Origin: Utricularia gibba
Taxonomy: Eukaryota; Plantae; Magnoliophyta
Length of the DNA stretch: 64,000 nucleotides
NCBI GenBank assembly: GCA_002189035.1
Contig: NEEC01000016.1
Span: 124,001 to 188,000 of the forward strand
Reading direction: 5' to 3'
Program-made: the position numbers and the translations under genes
The notes under the pieces: generated by a model
Seen by the model: only the letters and a program-made list of their open reading frames with translations
Databases searched by the model: none
Told to the model about the DNA's origin: nothing
Shown here: piece by piece, positions 12,001 through 25,362 of the stretch
Numbering within the stretch: position 1 is the first letter of the stretch
Layout of the letters: the number at the start of each line of letters is the position of its first letter

Positions 12001-15000
12001 TGGTGTAGGAAGTCCCAGGGCCCGAGCACACCTTGAGAAACGCATGAGAATGCCGCGAAATTCAAGATTTTGACATATATTAACGAATCACGCGTGTTTC
12101 GCAAGCCGAGATTAGTTATCGCATAAAAACGAGCAAACGAGTCCCAACGTCCCCAATGGCTAGGCCATTTTGTGACACCATTCAAGGCTTATATAGGGCC
12201 ATCCGTCGAGCTTCGAACTTTCCTCGGATGGGCAAGCTCCCAACACGAAAAACGATCGTCTCGGAATGAGCTTCGAAACGGTATGCTGTGTGTCGCGTGA
12301 CTCTAAACGGTTTGGACGATGTGGCGTCAATGGCGAAGGCTGCGCAAGGCCACCCCTTTGTGTAGGAAGTCTCAGGGCCCGAGTACACCCAGAGAAACGC
12401 ATTTTAATGCCGCGAAATTCAAGATTTTGACATATATTAACGAATCACGCGTGTTTCGCAAGCCGAGAACCATTTTCGCATCAAAACAAGCAAACGAGTC
12501 GCAACGTCTCCAATGGCTAGGTCATTTTGTGTCACCATTGAAGGCTTATATAAGGCCATCCTTCTTCCTTCGAAGTGTGTTCGGATGGAGAGCTCCCAAC
12601 ACGAAAAACGACCGTCTCGGAATGAGCTTCGAAACGGTATTCTGTGTGTCGCGTGACTCTAAACGGTTTGGAGGATATGGCCAGAATTCCGAAGGCTGCG
12701 CGAGGCCAACCCTTGGTGTAGGAAGTCCTTGGGCCCGAGCACACCCGGAGAAACGCATGAGAATGCCGCGAAATTCAAGAATTTGACATATATTAACGAA
12801 TCACGCGTGTTTCGCAAGCCGTGAACCACTTTCGCATCAAAACGTTGTTCGGATGAGGGAGCTTTCAACACGAAAAACGACCTCTCGCAATGAGCTTCTA
12901 AACGGTATGCTTTGTATCGCATGACTCTAAACGGTTTTGAAGATATGGCGTCAATTGCGAAGGTTGTGCGAGGCTACCCCTTGGTGTAGGAAGTCCCAGT
13001 GCTTGAGCACACCCGGAGAAACGCATGAGAATGCCGCGAAATTCATGATTTTGAAATATATTAACGAATCACGCGTGTTTCGCCAGTCGTGAACCACTTT
13101 TGCATCAAAAATTTAATCGGATGGGCGAGCTTTCAACACGAAAAACGACCATCTCGGAATGAGTTTCGGAACCGTATGTTGTGTGTCGCGTGACTCTAAA
13201 CGGTTTGGAATATATGGTGTCAATTGAGAAGGCTGCGCGAGGCCACCCCTTGGTGTAGGAAGTCCCAGGGCCCGAGCACACCCGGAGAAACACATGTGAA
13301 TGCCGCGAAATTCAAGATTTTGACATATATTATCGAATCAAGCGTGTTTCGTAAGCCGAGAACCATTTTCGCATCAAAACATTGTTCGGATGGGCGAGCT
13401 TTCAACACGAAAAACGACCGTCTTGGAATGAGCTTAGAAATGGTGTCACAAAACGAGCAAAGGAGTCGCGACGTACCCAATGGCAAGGCCATTTTGTGTC
13501 ACCATTGAAGGCCTATGAAAGGCCATCCTTCCAACTTCGAACTTTTTTCGGATGGGCGAGCTCCCAACACGAAAAACTACAGTCTTGGAATGGGCTTCAA
13601 AACGGTATGCTTTGTATCGCATGACTCTAAACGGTTTGGAAGATATGGCGTCAATTGCGAAGGTTGCGCGAGGCCACTCCTTGGTGTAGGAAGTCCCAGG
13701 GCCCGAGCACACCCGGCGAAACGCATGAGAAAGCCGCGAAATTGAAGATTTTGGCATATCTTAACGAATCACGCGTGTTTCGCAAGCCTAGAACCACTTT
13801 CGCATCAAAACGAGCAAACGAGTCGCAACGTCCCCAATGGCTAGGTCATTTTGTGTCACCTTTGAAGGCTTATATAAGGCCATCCTTCGAGCTTCGAACT
13901 TTGTTCGGATGGGTGAGCTCCCAACACGATAAACAACCGTCTCGCAATGAGCTTCGAAATGGTATGCTGTGTGTCACGTGACTCTAAACGGTTTGGAAGA
14001 TATGGCGTCAATTGCGAAGGCTGCGCGAGGCCACCCATTGTCTAGGATGTCCCAGGCCCGAGCACACCCGGAGAAACGCATGAGAATGCCGCGAAATTCA
14101 AGATTTTGACATATATTAACGAATCACGCGTGTTTCGCAAGCCGAGAACCATTTTCGCATGAAAACAAGCAAACGAGTCGCAACGTCCCCAATGGCTAGG
14201 CCATTTTGTGTCACCTTTGAAGGCTTATATAAGGCCATTCTTCGAGCTTCGAACTTTTCTCGTATGGGCGAGCTCCCAACACGATAAACAGCCGTCTCGG
14301 AATGAGCTTCGAAACGGTATGCTGTGTGTCATGTGACACTTAACGGTTTGGATGATATGGCGTCAATTGAGAAGGCTGTGCGAGGCCACACCTTGGTGTA
14401 GGAAGTCCCAGGGCCAGAGCACTCCCGGAGAAACGCATGAGAATGCCGCTAAATTCAAGATTTTTACATATATTAACGACTGAGGTGTTTCGCAAGCCTA
14501 GAACCACTTTCGCATCAAAACGAGCAAACGAGCCGCAACGTCCCCAATGGCTAGGCCATTTTGTGTCACCATTGAAGGCTTATATAAGGCCATCCTTCGT
14601 GCTTTGAACTTTGTTCGGATGGGCGAGCTCCCAACACGAAAAACGACTGTCTCGGAATGAGCTTCGAAGCAGTATAGTGTGTGCCATGTGACACTAAAGG
14701 GTTTGGATGATATGGCGTCAATTGAGAAGGCTGCGCGAGGCCACACCTTGGTGTAGGAAGTCTCAGGGCCAGAGCACTCCCGGAGAAACGCATGAGAATG
14801 CCGCTAAATTCAAGATTTTTACATATATTAACGACTCACAGGTGTTTCGCAAGCCTAGAACCACTTTCGCATCAAAACGAGCAAATGAGCCGCAACGTCC
14901 CCAATGGCTAGGCCATTTTGTGTCACCATTGAAGGCTTATATAAGGCCATCCTTCGAGCTTCAAACTATCTTCGGATGGGCGAGCTCCCAACACGAAAAA

Positions 15001-16500
15001 CGACCGTCCCAGAATTAGTTTCGAAACAGTATGATGTGTGTTGCATGAGTCCAAACGGCTTTTAAGATATGGCATCAATTCGGAAGGCTGCGCGAGGCCA
15101 CCCCTTGGTCTAGGAAATCCCAAGGTCCAAGCACACCAGGAGAAGCACATGAGAATGCCACAAAGTTCAAGAATTTTGGCATATATTAGTGAATCACGTG
15201 TGTTTTGCAAGCTGAGAACCACTTTTTTCTCAAAACGGGCCAACGAATCGCAACGTCCCCAATGTCTAGGCCATTTTGTGACACCATTGAAGGCCATTCT
15301 ACGAGCATCGAATTTTTTCGGATGAGCGAGCTCCCAACACAAAAAACGAATGTCTCGGAACAAGCTTTGAAACGGTATGATGTATGTCGCATGAGTCCAA
15401 ACGGTTTGGAAGATATGGTGTCAATCGCGAAGGCTGCGTGAGGTTACCCCTTGTCTAGGAAATCCAAGGTCAGAGCATACCCGGAAAAGCGCATGAGAAT
15501 ACTGTGAAATTCAAGAATTTAACATATATTATGAATCACGCGTGTTTTGCATGCCGAGAACGACTTTCGACTCAATACGGACCGACGAATCGCAACGTCC
15601 CCAATGGCTAGGCCATTTCTTGACACCTTTGAAGGCCTATATAGGCCGTCCTTTGAGCTTCGAACTTTCTTTGGATAGGCGAGCTCCCAACACAAAGAAC
15701 GACCGTCCTTGAGCAAGCTTCGAAACGGTATGTTGTGTGTCGTGTGACTCCAAACGGTTTGGAAGATATGGCATCGATCGCGAAGGCTGCTTGAGGCCAC
15801 CCCTTGGTTAATGAAATTCCAGGGTCCGAGCACACCTTAAAAAAGTGCATTAGAATGCCACGAAATTCAAGAATTTAACATATATTAGGGAATCACGCAT
15901 GTTTTGGAAATGTCCCCAATGGCTAGGCCATTTTGTGACACCATTGAAGGCTTATATAAGACCATTCTTTGAGCTTCAAACTTTCTTCGGATGAGCGAGC
16001 TCCCAATAAATGATCGTCCCGGAATGAGCTTCAATACGGTTTGCTCTGCGTTGCATGATTCAACACGGTTTTGAGGATATCGTATCGCTAACGAAGGCTG
16101 CACAATGTCACTTTTTAGTCTAGGGACATCCTTAGGGTTCGAACATTCCTGGAGAAGTGCAAGATATTGCCTCACAAATCAAAAATTTCTCCTCATTCAA
16201 TCAATATCGCATGTTTTGCTAGCCGAAAACCATTTTCGCATCAAGACGAAGGTCCCAAATCGCAACGTCCCCAATGGCACGACCACTTTGTGAGATCGTT
16301 GAAGACTAATATAAGGTTATCATTTGAGCTTCAAGCCTTTCTCGAATGAACGTTCCTTCAACACAAAACACAACCATCTTGGAACGAACTTTTAAACGGT
16401 AGACTGTTCATTGCATGACTGAATACGATTTGGAAGATATCAAATCGATAGCAAATGATGCACCAGGCCATCCCATGGTCTAGGGATTGGTGCAAACACA
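1..16500. repeat. Tandem satellite array, monomer about 355 bp, about 47 copies, truncated by the window start
   Basis: The anchor GAAACGCATGAGAATGCCGCGAAATTCAAG recurs at about 27, 383, 732, 1086, 1436, 1792, 2146 and so on to about 16154, mostly 345-357 bp apart. Near-identical spurious ORFs recur with the same period. The last recognisable monomer sequence ends near 16500. Confidence 0.98.
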
Positions 16501-16710
16501 ATCGTAGGATAACTTAATGTGTTTTTTTTTTTAATTTTCAAATTTTAAAGTTAAATTGTTAATAATGGTAGAAAATTGAGTTGTATTTATTACAATTTTC
16601 TACTTCATATTTATTACAATAAAATATCATTAATGATATCATAATGTGAATCACCTGAATTTAGTATATTATTGACAAATCTGACATCAAGTCTAAGTTT
16701 CATCGGAGGG

Positions 16711-19700
16711 ATGTGGAGGAAGCTCGGAGGCGAAGGAGACTCGCCGGAAAATGCCTCCCGGGATCCCGAATTGGTTCATCTCAGCAATAATTTGAGAGGT
16801 ACATCTATCAGGAGCGATAGCAATGGCCTCGGACCGGAAAAGTTTGAGTATTCGGGGTGGGTGTATCATTTGGGAGTTAATTCGATCGGACATGAATATT
16901 GTCATTTTCGCTTTCTTCTCATTCGCGGCAAGTGCATGGAGATGTATAAACGTGACCCGTCTGACAATCCTGGGATTGTAAGTGAAGTTTTCGTCTTTCA
17001 CTACCTTTTCCAATTTTCAAGATTGAGATTGAGCTTGATGGTTATTGATTGACATGAGAGCGAATCTCTTCACCTTTCTCGTCATTTTGCGAAGACTGCG
17101 CAAGAAAAGCCTTGGGCCTCACCTTTTCTGAACTCACAAGGCAAATAATCAGTATGTTTATGTAGAAGTGTGAGCAATGAAATCACATATTTGCAGGAAA
17201 CTTGTCATCATGATTTCCTTGTGAATCTTGTGAATCAGGATTTCTGGGAGTAAAATCCATCTTTGTGAGGAAATGACTGCGGCGAAAAATGATTTTTCTA
17301 ATCTCTACTCCCTAGGAATATGCAGACTGTACTTTGGCGCTATGCATGGCCATCTTGACTCCACCAGCTTTCACCTTTTTTTCTGGAAGTGTACTTACTG
17401 TATTTTTTTTCCCCAGAAACCCATACGAAGGGGTGCAATAAGCCATACTCTCATGGTAGAAGAAGCAGGTAGGCGGAAGATGAAAAATGGTGTAAGGGTT
17501 CCTCCTTAAGACACATTTTTTCCTATTACTACACATTGATTCAGATAATTTACATCCCAGTTTGCTCTCTTTGCAATATGTGATATTTTTCAGGATCTGT
17601 ACGTGCTAAGATTCTATAGTCGATTGGATGAGTCAAAAAAGGGTGAAGTAAGATGTGTTTTTGTAATGAAGTTCAAGCACTTCGGGTGCAATGCTTTTAC
17701 TTTGAAGTTGCACCTCTGGTTCACTGTGATATATACCAAGTAAAATTAAGGATATTTTTTAGTGATTTCAATTCAAAAATTACATTTATATCCCAGAATG
17801 TCATATATCATGGTCGAATTAACACATCACTTCTTGGAGTTCACTGCATAAATTTTCTGAAGATGTTTTGGGTAATTTGAAAGAGAAAAACCTATTTAGT
17901 GTCAGATTATTCTGCAGTCTTCATTCCTTGATCATATTTTACTTAGTTGAAATTAGGTTTTTAAAACGTGAACTATGTGTCTGTGCATTTCTAGTATTAT
18001 CAACATTATCATTATCAATCACAAATGTTTGAATTTAGATTTAATTATTGGTATTATTTGGTTCATCTATCATTAGTTACGTATAACTGCTAGTGCATGA
18101 GAAAACCTGCTACACAAGTCTCATACATATCTTTTTATTTTCTTAAGATTGCTTGTGCTTCGGTTGGTGATGCCAGAAAATGGATGGAAGCATTTGATCA
18201 TGCAAAGCAACAGGTATCAATGAAATGTCGACCTAAATAGAAAGAAAATTATGTTGTCTTTTATAGGTTGTAATATTTTTGTTGCATCCTAAAATGGCTT
18301 CATCAAGTGTACATTTTTTATCTGAGTTAGCCATTGCTCCTCGAAAGCCTTTTATTTATTTGTACATTTAAGAGTGCTTGGAAGACACCAATACTAATAT
18401 TTTCTTCATCAGGAAGGAAAATAATTCACATTAAGTTGATTTTTTACTTAAGTGTTTTTTTTTTCCAAAGTATTTTTTCTTTGACAGGATTTTTCATGTT
18501 TTAGTAGCATTGACTAATTTCTTTGTTCAATGACAGGCCGAGAACGATCTCTCAAAAAGTCTTGTTCTGAGAAACAAACATGATGATGAGTATGCTTCAA
18601 CTATTACAGCTCACATTTCCCCTTTATTTGAGTTGAAACTGTAATGTTACGTTGAAACTGGAAAAAATGTTATCCTGAGTATTTCTTTTTTCTCACTTAT
18701 ATTGGAAGGATTAACCTGGAGGGCCATCGCCCTAGGGTACGAAGATATGCACATGGGTTCAAAAATTTAATTAGGATAGGACAAGGTGAGTGCTGCTGTG
18801 ATCGGAAATATTTGAGTTGTGTTAGATAGTTATTTTGTTGACAAAATTCGATTTTGGAATCCCATTCTTTCCTACTAATCAACTGCTGTGCTTCCTTGAG
18901 TGAGGAAAAATATGCTGCTTTTGTTCATTTTCCTGTCGAAGGCTTCTGAAAAAGAGTCACTGAATACTATGTCATTTTTCATACATTCTTTTCCATTTTC
19001 ATGGTTTCCAATATCGACTCCATCTTTTCACATTTTATGTTTCTTGTATGTTTTCCCCTACTTTGAGTTAAGTTTTCCATCTTAAGGAGAAAAGAGATCG
19101 CAGTTTACCTGCTTGTTTGTTGTATGATGGTTGCAGGGCCGGAATTGCTATTGAGGAAAGCTTCAAGCATCGGAGCTGATGCTACAAGCGATGCATACTA
19201 TGATGCAGATGGTGGGGATGTCATCGAAGCATGTGACTGGAGATGTGTGCATACTGTAAATGGTATTTTTTTTAATATTACTTGGATTTACTCTGAATCA
19301 AGGTTTGCTCATTGGTTTACCACAGGGTGGCTGCTGAGTGCCCATTGCCTTTTCTAATCTTACAAAATTACATTTTCTATTCCTCATTGTTTTGACTCTA
19401 GTCTATTTGAAAAGTATGTCAAATAGGTGATCATGTTTATAACGTCTAACATAGTGAACGTAAAATCACCTGAGTAAATCATTAGTAATTTCACCTTTTT
19501 TTCATTTTAAAACTCTCTCTGATTCACAGGTGTCAGAATATTTGAAGATGTTGTCAGCTCAAAGGTAGTCTTTTATTTCTTATATCAATGACATCTTCAC
19601 CCCATAGATGGTAGGGAAAGAATGATAGTAGGTTGATAGGAATTCTGCCTGATGATTCAGTTAATTATCAGGCCTTTCCCAATTTTTTATAGTCATTATC

Positions 19701-22700
19701 TACTTGAATCAGTTAACTTGGTGTGGTTTCTGATAAATTGGCATTCGATGGTTTCTTCGAACTTCTTTCTAGAGTGGTCAAGATGTGGTAGTTAAAGCTG
19801 TTGCAGTTGTTGATGCAAGCGCAGATACTGTGTTTGAGGTTGTGATGAATCCTGATCGACAAAGTAGATATGAGTGAGTTTACCCTTTAAGATTATCTGT
19901 TGCATTTAGATTTTAGATTTAGGATTTTGCATCACGCTGCATTATTACTTTGTATATTATGGAAAAACGAAAAATATTATAACACAGTTGGGTCGAAAAT
20001 TTATGGACAAAAAATAAGCACTCTTTTACCTCTACCAAGTTCATCTACAGGTGGGATACTATGACGAGTGACTTGGAGTTGGTTGACACTATAGATGGGC
20101 ATTATGATGTTATGTACGGAACATTTGAACCCCGTTATCTTACTTGGTAAGTCTTTCTAAGTGTTTCATCGCAGCTGTTGCTAAAGGGGAAATATTATTT
20201 GCTCCCACTTGAAGAATAATGTTTTGCTTGTAGATCTATTTTCCATGCAATTAATGAATTTACTGTTCTCTTTCTTTTGAAACTTATCATCCAAAAGTTC
20301 ATTTCCTTATCCTTCGGGTGATTGTTGCATGAAGCTTGAAACAAAATAATTTCATTTTTTGATGTCCATTGTTGTTAGGTGAAAATCGGTTCCTTTTTTT
20401 TTTTTTTTTTTGCAGGCGACAATACAAAAGGGATTTTGTGTTTTCAAGACAATGGTTCCGAGCACAGGATGGAACTTACAGTAAGAATATTGCATATTTT
20501 TTCGTGAAAATGACTGATAAAATGTTGAGTGTTCTGGAACCATGATCAAGGATATCGTGTTAACAGAAAGAATCTTGAATAAACTTGAGGAGTCATTTTA
20601 TAAAACCTTTTTTAATCAAGGATGCATATTTTCAAAATTGACATTTTTTGTATGTACTTCAAGATGACAAATAAAGTCATACTAGTATCTGAAAATCAAT
20701 TCTATGACAGCCTCAAGTGTCAGTTGCCTTCACTGAATTATATGATCTCAAGTTTCTCATGGTGATGGTATTTTTTGTAGAAACCATAAGATAGAGGACA
20801 TGAAATCTATTGATTCTTTATTGTGCTTGTATCCTTGATCAATTGGTATATTTGGGGTTAAAATTGACTGCTTGGATTTTGATACGCATATTCTTGCAGC
20901 AATTTTGCAATTTCCTTCAGTACACAACAAGCGGCCTCCCAGATCTGGTTACAAGCGCACAAGAGTTAGTCGTAAGAAACTTAAATGTAGTAATGATGAC
21001 TTTATAAATTGGTATATTTGGTGCTTGGTGTATGTTATTATGGAACTGTGATGACCTTAACAAAATAATGGAATTCTTTAGTTCATGGGTTACTTGATGT
21101 ATGGCCTTTAATTATGTCTTGAATATTTCTTCACATCAAAGTCTTATTGTTATAGACATGCCCGGTATTTCTCTTTTGAAATCATTGTCTTGATTTCAAA
21201 CATACCTGCATTAAGGGAAGCCTATTACATGATTATTTTTTATGGTGCAAAGGAAATACAGGTTAACTCGATATGAATTGGAATTTTCTAATTAGTTGAT
21301 TTGATTAATATTCACATGCAGCTTCCACCTGGGAGATCAGAAACATAACCGCATCTTCCCCCCAAGTTAATGCCCGGTGCCTTGTCACACAGACACTAGA
21401 AATAAACCTCAAAACTTGGTGTAAGTGGAGGAATAATCGCTGGCCGTATTATGAAAGGACCATTCCATATGCTTTACTCAGTCAAGTATCAGGTGTGCTA
21501 TGGTTTTAGTGTTTTTTGAAGCTATTTTTGCCCCACTTTCATGGAGAATGCGGTCTACAGTAGTGTTCATCCAGGTGATGGCATGTTGTAGTAACATGGT
21601 TGCAATTTCAGCTACTAAGGGCCCATAAGAAGGACATGTTTTTTGATGTAGCTTTAACCTGTTCTTTGGCATGCATCCCTAAATGGAAGTGGAAGACGGG
21701 AATACTATATGGGGATTCTTGACCACTCTCCTAAGTAAAACGATTTCATTCATTCACTCCTCAATTGGGATCACATTTTCTGGTCCTCAGGACTGAAGGA
21801 GTATGTTTTAGCAAATCCAACCCTCGTGGCTGATTTACCTACTGCAGTAGTCCAGTCAAAAGTATCTGATGCTTCTCTAAGCAGTAGTGAGCTTGAGGAT
21901 CTAGAAGAAACAGTGGATCAGTTTTATGATGCAACTGATGATTCTGACGATGAGGATAGTGATGATGAAACAGAACTAGAAAAGGTCTTGTTTTTTTTCT
22001 TATCTTTCTACTGTCTACAATACTACATTGTTTTACATTATAGATGCTTTGGTACTTACCCGTTGAGTTCTGTTCAAAAGGATAAGAAGATTAGGCTGAA
22101 AAATGTTTCATGGGCCATAGCAAGTTTTACTAGGAAGAGGACTTCAGGTATTTTTCATTCCGCCTCCTGCCCTTATTTCACACTATTCTCTGTTCTTCAT
22201 TGCCTCTAGAATTTTGATCATCTGCATAGCTGAACACAAAACACGAAGGCTTATTTTTTTCAGAGGATGTGTTTTCCTTTTCATTAAGCTCCAGATTCTA
22301 GTGAGTTGAACTCCGATGTGCCTCCCATTAGTCTTGATCCTGGTCAGTTCCATGGTTCCTTGAGGAGAGCAAAGGATGATGCAGATAAAAATTGTTGGTC
22401 CTGTCCAGATGGTTCTGGTTTCATGATCCGAGGAAAGACTTACTTGAAAGACAACATGAAGGTACATATAATAAACGTACAGATGGTTCTAGCTCACATT
22501 GCATCCTGATATGAAGAGTTAGGGTGCATGATATTGTTTCAGGTGAAGGGTGGTGAACCTCTTCTGAAGCTCATTGCTGTTGACTGGTTCAAGGTGGAAG
22601 ATTATGCATCGAAAGTTGCATCACATCCCAAAAGCCTCGTTCAGGTAATGAGAAGAGCACGCTTCAAAAAACCTACCCTGCGATTATCTGCATGTTCTAT

Positions 22701-23957
22701 GCATGCACTTCAGTACCCTACAAAAGAATAGTGTAACATCCTGTGTGAAACTTTCTACTCGGATATTCTTAAATCCACTATTACAATGTTTGATAAATTC
22801 CAATGGTAAATCTTGCCTATTAATCCTTTTTTTTTGTCCATATTCCTCTCTTAATGCAGAGTGATACTGGAAAAAAGCTGCCATTCATTATTGTCATCAA
22901 TCTTCAGGTTTTCATACACATAGCTTAGATCGTCTGCCAGTATGTGTGAGCTTTGCAATAACTTTTCTGGTGCAGAAATTCTGTTTCACAGACTAATGCT
23001 TAATATCATTAGGAAATAGGAGCTTATCAATCAAAATTTTTACTTGTGTTAGTCACATTAACTTAGATCAACTATTTGCTGTTAATTAAGCATTGCATAC
23101 TTTGCTCTCTTAGTTGTCTTCTGGTTTTCTACCAATACAGGCTGCTAAACTTTGTTATTGTTCTGTTTGCTTCTTCAGGTTCCAGCCAAACCGAACTACA
23201 GCCTTGTTATGTATTATGCCGCAGATAGACCGGTCAACAAGAACTCGTTGTTGGATAAGTGGATTGAGGGCACCGACATGTTCCGTGATTCCAGATTCAA
23301 ACTTATTCCAAGCATAGTCGAGGTTCCTCCTGCTACCACTAGTCTCAGAATAAATCAACTTCCTCCCTCATCTTCTGTTCATCTTTTTCTTTTTTTTTTT
23401 TTTTTTCTGTCTTAATGCCAGGGTTACTGGATGGTAAAACGTGCAGTTGGAACAAAAGCATGCCTCCTTGGAAAAGCAGTAACTTGCAAGTACCTGAGGC
23501 AAGACAACTTCCTCGAGGTCATCTTCTTTCCAACCATCATTAGATCCTTCAAAGATCTCTTGTGGCTGTGGCAAATGATCATCTCATGCTGTGCAGATTG
23601 ACGTTGACATTGGTTCCTCCTCAGTCGCAAGGGGTGTCATCGGCCTTGTTCTCGGTTACGTCACGAGCCTTGTCATTGACCTAGCAATAGTCATAGAGGT
23701 CAGCCCACTATGTCACTCTTGGTTGAAATGAACGCTTTTAACTATCGTTGGAAAAGCCTGCCGTGGAGTGTCACAATTGGCTTAACCATTCCATTTTTTA
23801 GCACATGTTGCAGAGGCTTGAAGCAGTCGTCTTTTGTTCAAAATTTCTTCTCAACTGGTTGCAGGGTAAAGAGGAGACAGAGCTCCCAGAATACCTTCTG
23901 GGAACTGTCAGATTGAACCGGTTGCAGCTGGAGTCTGCAATACCATTTGAAACGTGA
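16711..23957 (+). CDS. ENHANCED DISEASE RESISTANCE 2-like lipid-binding protein (PH + START + DUF1336), At5g35180-type, 22 exons
   Basis: Exon 1 (16711-16977) encodes FEYSGWVYHLGVNSIGHEYCHFRFLLIRGK. Later exons give KPIRRG, IACASVGDARKWMEAFDHAKQQ, START-domain RDFVFSRQW, and DUF1336 LIAVDWFK, GYWMVKRAVGTKACLLGKAV, IDVDIGSSSVA and ELPEYLLGTVRL, then TGA at 23955-23957. All 21 introns are GT-AG with consistent phases. Confidence 0.93.
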
Positions 23958-25362
23958 AGGGAAAACCTCTCCCATATGGTTTGGTCTCCTGGGATTTTCT
24001 TGTCTCAAAAAGATGATGAATAAGGCTGTCCTCCCCTCAAACTTGGCTGCATAATACTGAACTAAATTGTAGATTGGACTCCCCTATTCCTATCTACTTC
24101 ATTGATAACTTTTATGGTTTAAATAGCAAGTAACTGGTTGCACATCACTTGTGAGAGCCCAATGGCAGACCTGACTCCAGAGAAAAAGAAAGAAAGGGAG
24201 CGATGGGAGAACAGAGGTGTAAAGAGAGGATTCATGCATGAAGTTTTGCTTCTGTGGACATCTATCTATCTATCTCCCTCACTTGTTCTTCTGGCTCCTA
24301 GAGGCTAATGCAAGAAATGCCTTCTTTCCCTGCAGCACCGGTGATCTGTGCAGCATGTGTTTTCTCTTTTTCGCCATTTTTCTGTTTTAGTCAACCATTA
24401 GTTGATGTTACGAAAATCCTGTTACAGAAGCAAGGAAGCACCAGTTGGTATACAATGACCAAATGCCAACAAACTGATGAACATCATTTCCCCAAAGTCT
24501 GTAACTACCAACTACCCGGGAGACAAACTGATGAACTTTTTTAGGTCAAAATAATTACATACATGTAATATTTAAATAGCTAGAGGAAGTTTTACAGGAT
24601 AATTAATTGATTATATGTTTGAGATAGTTGTCTATAGATAAATATATAGTTGGTACATATATTTTATAACTATACTATTATGATATACATTACTCTTGTA
24701 TAATATTGTCCGTTCCAAACGTTTAACTTACACATTCTTCACTTTTGAGCAAAACGTTTTGTATAAAATTAGGAAGATCTTTGTATTTAAACATATATTT
24801 TCCCTATCTATAACCAATATAAAATATCATAATCAAGTAATTGCCCTTAAATATATATATTTAAAATTAGATTCATTTGAAAAATATGTTTAAAATGTTT
24901 TATTAAATATTTAATAATTATGTTAGATAGTTATTATTTAAATTTTATTATCAGAATTAGATATTTTAATTTCGTTTATATTTAAAAAATATAGATGAAA
25001 AAAAATTTTTGATCATGAAAATTACGATTAAAGTTGTTAATAACAATACTTGTCAAATAAATTTATTTCTTAATATAAATGAATTTAGACATAGCTTTAT
25101 AGTGCCATGAATATATATTTAAAAGCTATGTTTAATATTTTGTATGAAATTTTTGAAATGGGCGGCGCGTGTCGGCTCTGTCATGTGTGTGTGAAGAGTC
25201 AAACGAGTACGACAAAACCCTGTCTTTTTCTTTCTTTTTCAAATGCACAACTCCTATTTAGACGTAATTACATCCACCACGTTGCGCAGGGCGCCCAATC
25301 TCCTTCCCGGATCGGAATCTATCTGCACTGCCGGTACAGGAGTGGTTTAAGCGGAAGCTAAC

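Noticed and set aside
1-16400. More than 130 ORFs of 60-260 aa in the ORF track
   Set aside because: They are the same few translations repeated with satellite periodicity and broken by random indels, with no domain similarity.
1-16500. Array as CRISPR, rDNA or coding repeat
   Set aside because: It is a pure tandem monomer with no unique spacers and no 5S/45S rRNA sequence, in a eukaryotic intron-containing context.
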